NCBI GenBank assembly: GCA_002633005.1
Contig: NMRA01000657.1
Coordinates: forward strand, 142,715 to 206,714
DNA length: 64,000 nucleotides
Origin: Phoronis australis
Lineage: Eukaryota; Animalia; Phoronida
Direction: 5' to 3'
Numbering within the stretch: position 1 is the stretch's first letter; each line of letters begins with the position of its first letter. Positions 51,248 through 63,188 of the stretch are shown piece after piece. Made by a program: the position numbers and the translations under genes. The notes below the pieces were generated by a model. The model did no database searches. It worked only from the letters and a program-made list of their open reading frames with translations, and was not told the DNA's origin.

Positions 51248-52241
51248 TGTATGTTGAGTCCCTATATAACTTTATGACGCTATATGTGTCACCTTCACAG
51301 GCTCCAACGAAAAGTCAAATGTTTGTGTTTTTACTGACGTTCGCGTATTTATATTGCCAGCTCGCATATTTCAAAGGCTACGCCAAATGATCTTTGTGTT
51401 CATGGTCTGGGGTTTAACCACCCACCTAAAACTCAAAAGTAACTTTTGACATCTTTTGTTCAACTTAAGTGCGGATATGTAACTGTATTTGTTCTGCTCT
51501 CGAGTGCATGATTGTTTACGTCAGTGAATTTCAAATCAAACTCTTGATGACCCCAGTGTGAAAGCTTTAAACTTGAATCTAAACTCCAAGTCTCGAGTTT
51601 GCAACTCGAATCTAGGGGCCATCAAGTGCGATCTTCGGCGTAAACCACAACATACTCGAGCAGACAACCAAAGGCACTTATCGGAGGACGTAAGAAACAA
51701 AAACCAGGGAATGTAAAAAAACATTTGGAACTGGAGTTCGAATATTATACCTCCGTGTCGGTGTTCCTGTTCAGTGCTCTGCGGGATGGATTGTGGGCCG
51801 ATGGTGTTGCGATGAAACCGCAGGCGCTGGTCAACGATTGAAACTACAGACGTTTCAGTGGAATTTGTCCACTTACCTGTTATATGGTGGTTGGTGTATC
51901 AGAACTAACACTTGACACTCGATGCCGACTCTGAAACGACAGTCCCTTCATTGTGACAGTCAAGCGGCAAATCATGATCTCATTGTCAAGAGATATCCTG
52001 CCGAGTGGTTAATTCTTCTCCGTTTTTAAAAATCTCCGCACATTAACTGCGCCATTTACGTATTGAAAAGGATCATAGTGAATTGCTTTAAATTACGTTA
52101 ATGGTGTTTTGCTTTTTGCACTCTAAAGGCATATATTCATTTGCGTAAGGTTTCTTCCGCACTGCAATTAGGCCTACTGTACGGCTTTTGAAATGTTTTT
52201 TATGGTGTATGAAAATTCATTAGATTTAGTTTATCCGTTAA

Positions 52242-52490
52242 AGGGCTATAGTCGATTTTGCGACCGAATACGCATTTTTTGATAATTGTTACTTGCGCTT
52301 TCACGATTTCGTTACAAATCCCCATTCTCGTCGTTGATTGTCAGGAATTCGCTGGAATCAATCCCGGTAACTTAATTGCCAGTTAAATGCGCTTAAAATA
52401 CTTTGCATTTATAGGCTTTAGCTCCGACAGAAAAACGTTGGACTGCGATCGCTGGGGTTGTGGGTTCGATTCCTAATGGGGTTATTAATG
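52242..52490 (+). mobile_element. TTAA-AGGG-ended repeat family containing a tRNA-like segment
   Basis: Starts TTAA|AGGG; B-box GGGTTCGATTCC at ~52462; reverse-oriented relatives at ~54600-54882, ~58020-58308 and ~58550-58700. Confidence 0.5.
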
Positions 52491-52782
52491 CTGTAGTTCT
52501 TAGTCGTCAAGGTCACATTAAAAGCGTTTCACGCAAGTGGTAATGTTTCATTTGTTTGAATCAATGATACATACTTTTAATCAATCCTCCATGTGTTTAT
52601 TCTTAACTATTTTTATTTTATGAATCGTAGATTTAGTAAATTGTTCTCGAGCCAATAATTTCCCATCGTCCTTTGTTGGATAATAGCGTCTACTGTCCGC
52701 CAACTTAAGTGGCTGATCATCAACACATGATCAAACCTTTTTTGGGTGACAAAGCTATTTAGACTACTTACCTTTGTAACTT

Positions 52783-53011
52783 TGAGCCCCCCCCCCATTT
52801 GGCAAAGTGGGCAAAAAGGTCCATCCCAGAGAAACAAAAAGTCCGAGAAAACGAGACGAAAGTGCTATAAAAAAGACGCAGATGCACAGTTCACAGTTGT
52901 GAATGTGGTACTCCGTTTTGTTTTTAGTCCTAGCGATTTTTTTGTCAGCAAAAGGTCCATATCAGCAGAAATTCGAGCCCCCTCCCCATTTTGAAGGCTG
53001 GGTGCGTGCAT
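52783..53011 (-). mobile_element. hAT-like MITE family copy
   Basis: Reverse complement of the 49283-49540 family. Confidence 0.65.
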
Positions 53012-53725
53012 CATATTAGTCTTCTGTCTTAACAGACAGAAATTAAATCGGAGCATACAAACGACGCTTTCGCTACCTGTTGTGAATTCTTAAAACTAAG
53101 CTAAGCAGAACGTCTGTGAAATACGATTTCTTGGCCTTTACGCCGTAAATGGGGATTGATTTACATTTTGGATACAATGGGATCTCGTATGCTTGAGAAA
53201 ACCTTCGTGCATTGCTGAAAAATGCTATTTCACATGACACAATGCTAGTAAGTTNNNNNNNNNNNNNNNNNNNNNNNNNNNNNNNNNNNNNNNNNNNNNN
53301 NNNNNNNNNNNNNNNNNNNNNNNNNNNNNNNNNNNNNNNNNNNNNNNNNNNNNNNNNNNNNNNNNNNNNNNNNNNNNNNNNNNNNNNNNNNNNNNNNNNN
53401 NNNNNNNNNNNNNNNNNNNNNNNNNNNNNNNNNNNNNNNNNNNNNNNNNNNNNNNNNNNNNNNNNNNNNNNNNNNNNNNNNNNNNNNNNNNNNNNNNNNN
53501 NNNNNNNNNNNNNNNNNNNNNNNNNNNNNNNNNNNNNNNNNNNNNNNNNNNNNNNNNNNNNNNNNNNNNNNNNNNNNNNNNNNNNNNNNNNNNNNNGGCT
53601 TTCAGAAGATGTTTTCCATTTTTCGCTAGGACGTCTACTTTTCGAGTTATTTGAGATTTTCTGATAACGCTGTTCCTTTGTTGAGCGCTCTTGCTGCATT
53701 GATGTTGGTTTATCTTCTATTGAAC

Positions 53726-54054
53726 TAGACTGTAGCCTATTTCTTATTGATTTATGACATCTAAGTTCGTCATATGAATGTTGTGATGTTGTTCATCATC
53801 GCCACCACCATCATCATATTCGTCATCATCGTCATCATCTTCGTCATCATCTCCGTCGTTTTCTTTTCCGTTAATTTCGCCAAGTGTCGCTCAAGACTGT
53901 AGCCTTTTTCTTACTGATTTCGGACTTCTACGTTCGTCATGTGTATGTTATTATTACTTCTTTTGTTCATCCTCGCCACCATCGTCGTCATATTCGTCAT
54001 CTTCGTCATCATCTTTATCGTCATCAATTTGGTTAATTTCGCCAAGTTCCGCTC
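53726..54054 (-). repeat. Two ~168-bp tandem units with (GAT/GAC)n acidic-coding tracts
   Basis: agactgtagcct...gttaatttcgccaagt repeated twice; minus strand reads LGEIN..DDDEDDEYDDDGG but with stops. Confidence 0.7.
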
Positions 54055-55906
54055 CTCGGAGCGCTTTCATTTATTTTGTTACTCTTCCAGTGAACGTCAC
54101 ATACACTAAGGAGAATAAGTACCTTGGCTTTGATAACCGCCGCTTCCGGTGTCTTCGGCCATTTTCCACTATACAAAAAACAGCTGATTAGGCCAGTGCC
54201 TCGATTTCACTGTTTTCTTATCAGTGAAAAGATAACGTCAGGAGTCGATAACGACGCTAGAGCCGATATTTTTCTTACACTGTGGTCGGAATGTAGTTAA
54301 TTTGTGTTACTTTGGCTTAAAAGCTTCTAGGCGAATATGGCGGCTAAATTATATAGTGCACAATGAAAGAGGCACGAGCTTTGATGTGGATACAATGCTA
54401 CGCATCCTTGCATCATGTAACAATTGCAAGTGAGATTTTCCATTAAATGTCTCTTCGATTATTAACAGCCATTGTGTGTTATTGTTTGCTTCGATTTATC
54501 AAATCCGAAAAAAAATATCTGCTTAATTTTAAATTTAGCCGTTTTTATTCGCCAAATCAGATCCAGTAATTTCAGTTTCAAGGCACATTATCATGAGCTA
54601 GAAATGTAAGTTTATGAGATCAGCTTCAACGCAGTCAAACGTTCTGCTGGCGGAACTAAACACCACTCGATAAATAGTAGAGCACGTGAAGCGCATTTAA
54701 TTGGTAAAGTTACCGGCCTTCATTTCAGCAAATATCTGGCAGACAACGGCTAGAATTGTTGTTAAGATAGCAAAAATTCCACGGAATTAGTTGTTTCATA
54801 GTTTTGGTCGAAAGCTATTAACTTCCTACCCAATAAACAATCCCGAAATGCGTTTTCAGGCCGTAAAACCGATAACACCCCTTTAAACGTTTGTGGTCAA
54901 ATACTTACTATGACGTTGCTATTCGAAAAGAATTGGACAGAGTATCTTCTTTAGGATTGTTCGGCATTTTGGACCCAGTGTGACGGCATGTGTGTTCTCA
55001 TTTCGGAGTCCAAATTGCATCATATACTGTCACGACACGCCATCAGTGAACATTCGAATAAGATACAAGATGATGACAACTGTACATTTGCACTACATGT
55101 ATGTTCAAGCGCATGTGTGCGGATTTGTCCTAATATCACAGTTAAGGCGTAAACGTCTTTACTCAAATCATTTGAGTATAACCAAAAAATGGTTTTAAAA
55201 ATAAGTTAAACATCCGTTACAATACGGGTAGATATAGTGTTTTGTTTTCGGTTGAATGGAGATTCCGCGTTGGTTCAGCTGTCAACGTTGAATTCTTAAC
55301 CGAAGCGGATTTGAAAAGATTACCACATTTATCCGATCGTGGATTGTTGCCGAGTGAACGGGTAACTCAAGTCCTAGGCTACACGTACGGGTATAGTTTT
55401 TATTTCCAAATTTGAATTTAAATGGCCACCGGAAGTAAACGTTGAAGTGTTTTCTTGAGTTGCTGAGGGTTTCCACGTTATTGTTGGTAACGAATATTGC
55501 TAAACCGATTGAACAAACATGAGTGGCTGACTTCTGAGGAAATTCACATGTCGATGTTGAATGCACGTGTCTTACTCCCGTTTAAGTTTGCCATAATACA
55601 GTTTCCCGTGGTTTAAACTCCGGTCAAAAAAGATTCTATTTCGCTTTCTTGAATGCAACCGACAAATTTTCAATAATACATTTTAACTAAGAATGTACAA
55701 AAACCCACCCAATCATTTCAGTAGACATGTTCATATACAAGGGACAACTGAACCCACCTAGGAAACTGAACCGCATGCACCCACATACGGAAAATATGAG
55801 CAAAAACATACTTCGAAAAAATGCAAATTTTCTGAGAAGGGAAGTGTATACGCGTATATACCGTATATAGGGCAGTTGTCTCCAATCTGTTTCTGCAAAA
55901 AAGAAG

Positions 55907-56886
55907 CATAGGCGGATTTAGGGTGGGGCCCAGGAGGCACGGCCTCCCCCCCCCCTTGGCTGCCGCAAAAAAATAAAACAGCAAGAGCGTAAGGAAATGT
56001 TGAGTTTATTAATTAACCCCGGTAATTAAAATTATACGGCTGAAACAAGGTTTAAATGTGTGTGTGGGGGGGGGGCTCAGATCAAGTGTCAAATTCGGAA
56101 CACGGCGCAATCCTAACTGAACTACGGCTAAGTATAGGCTCTCCCGCCATATCTCAGGCGACCGGCAGTGGCGCTGGGCACTACAACTCCGTTTCCGTCG
56201 TCTGCTCCACTGTGCAATGAAGAAAATTACTTCATTTTTGAAAGAAAATGGAATCTGAGTGATGGTGAAAAAACAGAAGTTGCTGGTAAGATGTCAATTT
56301 TAATCGAACCCTTAGTGAATCACTCAGAAACTCATAATTCTCTCTTTGTCAAACCCTCAAACTTAAGACAATTTCCAAAGCAACCGCATCATTATTGCCA
56401 ACACAAAACACGGATTTGGTCTTTTGGGCAATTGAAGACTATTTTATATACAACAAATTTGTTACGAACTGATTGCATAAAATATAAAACATGTAATAAG
56501 CATTATAAAAAGAAGGAGGTTTCGCGCGCAAACGCTGTGGACCATAAACAAGTAGGTGTCTTAATATCAAATTAGGAGTTAAATCGTGGTAGTGTAGTGG
56601 TAAAGCACGCGCCCTCTCTCCGCTAGGTTATGAGTTCGAGTCTGTAGTACTTGCAGTTTTTCCTAGTTGACACCTTCTTCTTTTTTTCTTGGGTAATACT
56701 TCGGGAATAAAGGAAAATGCTTGAATATTAGAGAAAAAAACAGAAAAATTTCCTGAGCGGGAAGGGGGCAAACCCCCCTCCCGACCTCCCCCCATTTGGC
56801 GCTATGCGTATCTACAATCGTGCTTTGAGCAAATGCTTACTGACAAAATGTTGGGCCCCCCTTGTGATATCCTAGATCCGCCACTG
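55907..56886. mobile_element. hAT-like non-autonomous element with an internal tRNA-like segment (~56585-56645)
   Basis: Ends CATAGGCGGATTTAG / CTAGATCCGCCACTG; A-box-like AGTGTAGTGG and B-box-like GAGTTCGAGTC inside. Confidence 0.5.
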
Positions 56887-59800
56887 AGAAGTGTCGCTAC
56901 AAAAACATTGACGAGTAATTAATTAAGAATTTACCATTCAACAATCTTTCACCAGCGACAAAAATTACACGAGGAACAAATTCACGTTCCTGTAATAGTG
57001 CTACTTACCTGTAACAGTGCCACTTACCTGTAATTTCACCGAATGTAATGGCACCGAAAATCTACATTACGTATCATGATTAAAAAAGCCGAGTAGTTAA
57101 TTTCGACACTTGACACGACTAGTGATTCAAATGATTTTAATGGATTTCAGCTATTTTTTTCAAACCCATATTGGGCCGAGTCGCTAACAATTACCTGAAC
57201 ATGTAGGTCTACGCGCGGTATGTGATCTTCTGGTAACCCAATCACGTCGGCTTGAAGCGAGTATTCAGCGAACGACTAAATATTCTGACGGCGGAACACG
57301 CGTTATCAAGAATGCGTCGTGAACGAGTGAATGTTCAATCCATTAACCATTTATACGTTAGTAACACCCAGCAGCGTACTTGAAAATGAAACATTAAAAT
57401 CCCATCCACATAGCGTTTTAACTCAACAATTTTTAAAGAGATCTCTTACGGAAAACTCTGTTTTCTCAAAGCAGTCGCTTTCGGCATTGTTTCGCTCAAC
57501 ATCACTTGTTCGGATCAGTTTTGAACGTTTTTCTGTTCCTTTCGTTTAAATTGCTGTCGTGAATAATGCGACAGGAAATGATCAGCATGAGCGTGCTCCC
57601 AGATTTTTTTTTAAATAATCAGTCGCTATGACGACATCGAAAGGTGTCTTTCGTTAATATTGATTATTTTTTAATTGCCGACAGGATGAAGGAGATTTCA
57701 CTTGGTGCAAAGTAAAACATAATAATGATTTTGTAATGTCCACCCTCTGAGTCTAAAGACTGACCATAACTAATTGATTTCTACATTAGAGGTGGACTCA
57801 AGTGGAATTTCTCAAAGTTGTAGACATCACATTCAGGTATATTGTTGCTGCATGTATCATAAAAAGCCAATAACTTCATAAAATCTATCCTACCCAATAC
57901 TAATCACGAATGTGCGTTTTTAGGTCCAAAAAATTGTGTCCCTTCAACTCGTAACCTGTCATGAAAGCGACAACTTATCCGAGTGACACTTAACGGCGAG
58001 AAAAGTGATTTTCTGATATTGGCCCCAGCGCGTATTCGACCTTGGAAGCCTGGCGGTCGCAGACAGACATTCTGCTGGAGGAGCTTAGTCCCATTCCAAA
58101 AATGTCAAAGTATTTCAGTGGTATTTAACTCACGGCCTTGATTTCATCAAATGGCTTGCAGACAACGGCGAGAATAGGTGATTTTAATAATATCCCCAAA
58201 GCACTAATTTTAATGTTTTGTAGCTCTGGTCAGAGCTAATTACGTCAAGAACTCGACAATAATTCCAAACATGGTTTTCGGACATTAGCACTGTAACGTC
58301 TCTTTTAGCGCAAGTGTGGATACGTATGGGCAAGTAACGTGGACGGAATAAATGGTAACGACTTTGGCAGTCTGACGGTAGTCTTTATACATGTAGCAAG
58401 TTATGGCAACCGCTATTATCAGCACTATAAAATTGTTTAACGAGAAAAAGGTAATACCGTTTCAACGACTGGGAACTTGCTAAAGACCGATTGACCAGTA
58501 AGAACAACGCACTGCGTTAAAGTGATGTTAGCAGCGAGGAAATTGGTTTTGTGAGATCAGCATCAACGCGGATTTGAGCCAGGAACAAGTGGGCTGTCCT
58601 CAGTGGCGGAGCAAAATCCGACTCGTCGAATAGCTGGCAAAGTCAGCGGCCTTGACTTTAGCCAATGTTTGGTAGACAGCGACCAGGGTTGACGATTTGT
58701 AATAAAATCACGACACACAACGAATTTTATTGCTTTTAAACTTTAAAAAATGAAAAACTGAACGTAAATAAATCCCCGTTTGGTTTGAATTCCATAAAAA
58801 CAGCGAAATCGTGAACAATTCCGTTGGCACATCATACAAGTGCAACGGTTTTTGACCAAATGACACGAATTGAACAATTTAGCTGATGACTAAATACATG
58901 GTGAACATAACGTCACGAAACTTCGTTTTGTTGTCTATTTATTTAAACTTCTTTTGAAGACAGGGAATTTACTATACAAGGGAGACTAGTCGAAGATATT
59001 GGCTTAAGAAAAAGAGTGTTGGTTTAAAATCATAAAAAGTGATCCGAAAGGAATTGTGCACTTAACACAAAAAAGCATTGTCGGTGAAGTTGGGGAGGAT
59101 GTCTTTGCACTTCCTTAACATACTTTAGTTGGCAGTAGCAATGAGCCACACATTTGCGTTCTCCAAAACAGAGTCGTTTCTTTGTCATTACTGTTCATCC
59201 AGAGCACATGACGGTCCACGCACCAACTTTCACACCATGGTGTAACTATGCAGTTGGCCCAGGCGCAGAATCTGATTCACTCGGATTGCATAACCGGCGT
59301 TGTACTGAATTGTGAGCGCGCAGTGGGTAACAAACGTGTATTCACACTTCAGCGCAACACCGAGACTTTAAAATTAGTTTCTGTGAACCAGACTCTAAGC
59401 CTGGGCCTACTGTAAGGTTGAATCTAGGTACGTGGGCCATCGCGTGAAACCGGAAGTTCAAAAATTCAAGGAAGTGCAACAGGACAACAAATCTTCGTCA
59501 CAAGTCAATAGACAGCGCAATTATTTTGTTTTATTGAGTTAATTCCCACGTGATCACTTTCTTATAAATTTAAAATAGCAATCGTGTTTCTAAGTCAATA
59601 CACAACTGAGTGTTTGTCATTTGAAGCGTGAGTATATTTTGGACATTCCCTGTGTTTTAAAGAGAATTACCAAGGGGTGTATACAACAAGAATACAAGAG
59701 ATATAAAATTGCGTCAATTATTAGTAAGCCTACAGCGGTTGCATACTGGTGACAAGATGACAGAACAATTGGACGTTTTTAATGTTAGATAATTATTTAC

Positions 59801-60557
59801 AGTTTTTTCGCAATCTGTTCGCGGGAAATGTAGGCGCACTTGTCTGTTCTAATACTGTTTAGTATACCAAGTTTCTTGTGAGAAATAAACATCGCGCAAA
59901 ATTTGCTGTTCATTAGACTTCGTACACATTCAGTCTACTACTAAAATTTAATGTAGGCTGAGCTAATAATCTTTCACTTCCAATATAATATTAATTTAGT
60001 AACAGGGTGTAGTGACATAGCTTGTGAATACACATTGAATGGCGAAACACAATATTTACAATATGTACACCATAAAACACATTTACACTTATGAAGAAGC
60101 TATTGTTAATTTAAGAGACGATTACTAGTGGGCAGTTTGATAATGTTTTGACCACTTTCTGCGAATGGTAATAACTGCAATGAAAAATAATTCCAACAAT
60201 ACAGCTACTTTTACTGTTGAAAATGCTGACGACGACAGTCTCCGGTCCGTCAAATGCAGTGGAATCTTTGCGGGAAAATATTCCTTTTCACCAATTGGTT
60301 TGTGGTTTCGTTGACACCCATTTGCCTTGGGTGCTGGGAGAATTTTGACCCTTTTCGCAAGATAATTTGGTGCAATGTTAAGCGTTGATTTAAAACAATG
60401 GAATCTCAGTTTTTGTTTGACGACGCAGTTATACGAGCGCGCACTTAAAATACTATCAGAAATAGACAGACGTGAGTATCATTCGGCAAATATTGGAATG
60501 GCCCGTAGATGACCCTTTACCATGTAACGTATCGGTCTCGTTTGTCTGCCTTAGGAG

Positions 60558-61137
60558 CTGAGATAGACAGTCACCCCCCCNNCCCCCCCCGACCCTAGCC
60601 GACGAGTAGGTAGGAAGCTTTTCGGGGAATTATGCGTCGCACTGATTAAATCATTTAAGTCACGTTGTTATACTTGTAAATACCTTTTGCGCACAGAGGG
60701 ACAGCTCATGAGGCCGTTAATTTTGATGTCTTTAGTTCCTTCCAACTCCACCAAATACTCACGTAATCAAGATTTTCCCTTGGGCAGTCCTTCGTTCAGT
60801 TCCCAAAGCAGGAAACTGGCTATTTTACCCAACGCACGCCAGGGGACATGACGTCATACCACCTGCCGCGCGCAGTGTTAAAAATGGCAAGTTGCCGATT
60901 TGAGCAACTGAATGAAGGACTGTTCGAAGTACGGGAGTATTTGATCGAGCTGGAAGGAGTTATAGACACCAACGGTCTCCTATGCGCAAAAGTTACTTAT
61001 AACAACGTGACTTTAATTTATGTGAATCAGTGTGAGGCATATTCGCCGAAAAGCTTCCGGCGTGCAGTATGAAGCGCCTATAGAAGCTTCACTATCTATA
61101 GGTCAACTAGCGACGGTGGTCACTGTCTAGAGCTGAG
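60558..61137. mobile_element. ~580-bp foldback (palindromic MITE) centred on ATGACGTCAT
   Basis: Mirror pairs ggaagcttttcgg/ccgaaaagcttcc, aagtcacgttgttata/tataacaacgtgactt, cttttgcgca/tgcgcaaaag, cagtccttcgttcagtt/aactgaatgaaggactg. Confidence 0.8.
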
Positions 61138-61470
61138 CCTGGGTGTGAGTGGAAGACTGGTCCTGGAAGGAGAAAATCGGCCGTCACCGAGCGTGTTACT
61201 TTCAATATCGGTTCTCAAGCAACAGACTTACAGCTATTTCCTGGGTTCGCCTGATTTTCACTTCAATTATCGTTTAGTTAATTCCCAGCAACAAGACTTA
61301 TTGACCTCAATTCCCGTTCAGCAACCTAGGAATTTTGCCTGGACGCATTTTTAGAGATGACGTCATGCTAAGCGTCCAGCACTGGAATGGAAAGCAGGCA
61401 CCGCTTGGTATCCGGGCTACAATACAAGAGAATAAGTTCCATCACGCGAAACATTGCCAAACACGCAGTA

Positions 61471-63188
61471 TTTTATGCGCCCACATATTTATATGTGGAT
61501 GCGTTATGCCGTCATCTCCGTCCGTCCGGCGTCCGGTGTCCGCTGCTCTGTCTCCAAAACGCCTTAACGTATGTTCATGAAATTTTGCACATGTGTTCCT
61601 TCTTTGGATGGGACGGCATGAGCGAACTTTCGGACGGATCCGACTACCGCTGTGTCCTCTAGTGGCAATTTTAGTTTTTTACGTTTACCTCTGTATCTTC
61701 AAAAGCCCGAACGCCGGGATTTTCATAAAATGTGGTATATAGGCACCTATTAGGGAGATGACGCTATCCTCCCGTTTTCGGATGGATTTTACGTAGTTTG
61801 CGCCACCTAGTGGCCATTTTTACTGTTTTCGGTTCTGTTTCTTTGCGTCCACCCCTCTACCAACCAAACCGCTCAAAGGATGATTGTAAAAATTGGCATG
61901 TATGTTCTTACGGCTGACGACTTCGACTACTGTGGCGCCTCCTAGTGGCAGTTTTTTTTGCGCCTGTGGCTGTATCCCTTAAACCATTCGTAGGATCTTT
62001 ACTAAATTTAGTAAGTGAATGGATATGATGTAAAGGCAACGGAGGACGACGACTTTCAGACGGATCTGACTACAGATGTGCCACCTAGTGGCAATTTTAA
62101 TTTTTTACGTTTACTTCTGTATGTTCCAAGGTCTTCAACGTATTTTCATAAAATTTGTCATACAGGCATCTGTTAATGAGGTGACGCTAACTCTTCGTTT
62201 TCAGATAGATTCGACCTAGTTTGCGCCACCTAGTGGCCATTTTTACTGATTTCGAGTCTGGTTTTTGGCGTCCACTAGTCTATCAACCAAACGGCTTTCA
62301 GGATAATTGTGGAAATTTGCACGTATGTGTTTACTGTGAAGTGGACGGCTGACGACGATTTTCCCACGAGTTCAACTACTGTGGCGCCTCCTAGTGGCAG
62401 TTTTTTGTTTTTGCGCTCATGGCTGCATCTATTAAACCGTTTGCAGGATCTTTACTTAATTTAGCAAGTGTATTGATATGATGTTGACAATGCACGACGA
62501 CGACTTTCGGACGGATCTGACTTCTGGTGTGCCCCCTAGTGACAATTTTAGTTTTTTTATGTTTACCAGTCTGTATCTTCAAAGGTCCTCAACAGATTTT
62601 CATAAATTTTTGATTATAGGCATCTATTGGTGAGATGACACTATCAACCTGTTTTTGGATGGAATCGAGGTATTTTTCGCCACCTGGTGGTCATTTTTGC
62701 TGTTTTAAAATCTTGTTTTTGACGTCCACCCCTCGATCAACCAAATCATTCTAGGGATGGTTTTGAAAATTGGCGTACATGTTTTCAGTGTGAAGAGGTC
62801 GTTTGATGATGGTGACTGACTACTGTGGCGCCTCCTAGTGGTAGTTTTGTTTTGTTTTGCGCCCACAGCTGTATCTTCAAAACCCACTACGGGATCTTTA
62901 AATTTTATTAAATTTAGTAAGTGAATTTATGTGAAGATAACAGGCGACGACTCAGGCGGATGGAACGGACGCTATGCCCACAAGTGACAATTTCATTTTG
63001 TTCTGTTTTCCTTTGTTTCTCTGAAGTTCCTTGACAGATTTTTATGAAATATGACATGTTCCCGTTTTTGCATGGATTGTACGTTTTTGCGCCATCTAGT
63101 GGCCATTTTTATGATACAAATAACCCTAAAAGCACACCATTTGCGATACATTCGTGAGCGTGTTTCAACGCTCCGCGTTGCTCTTGTT
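61471..63188 (+). mobile_element. Non-autonomous Helentron (HINE/DINE-1-like) with ~145-bp tandem array carrying CTCF-consensus motifs
   Basis: TTTT + subTIR/hairpin ATGCGCCCACATA-TTTA-TATGTGGATGCGT, (GTCC)n microsatellite, ~11 monomers, degenerate 3' subTIR GTGAGCGTGT, hairpin CAACGC-TCC-GCGTTG, end CTTGTT. Confidence 0.82.

Noticed and set aside
53073-53699. 208-aa and 150-aa ORFs in the track
   Set aside because: Mostly an N gap
61600-63110. Regularly spaced conserved motif as a CRISPR array, and the ORFs overlapping it
   Set aside because: Inter-motif sequences are homologous to each other (tandem monomers), and the ORFs show no conserved frame
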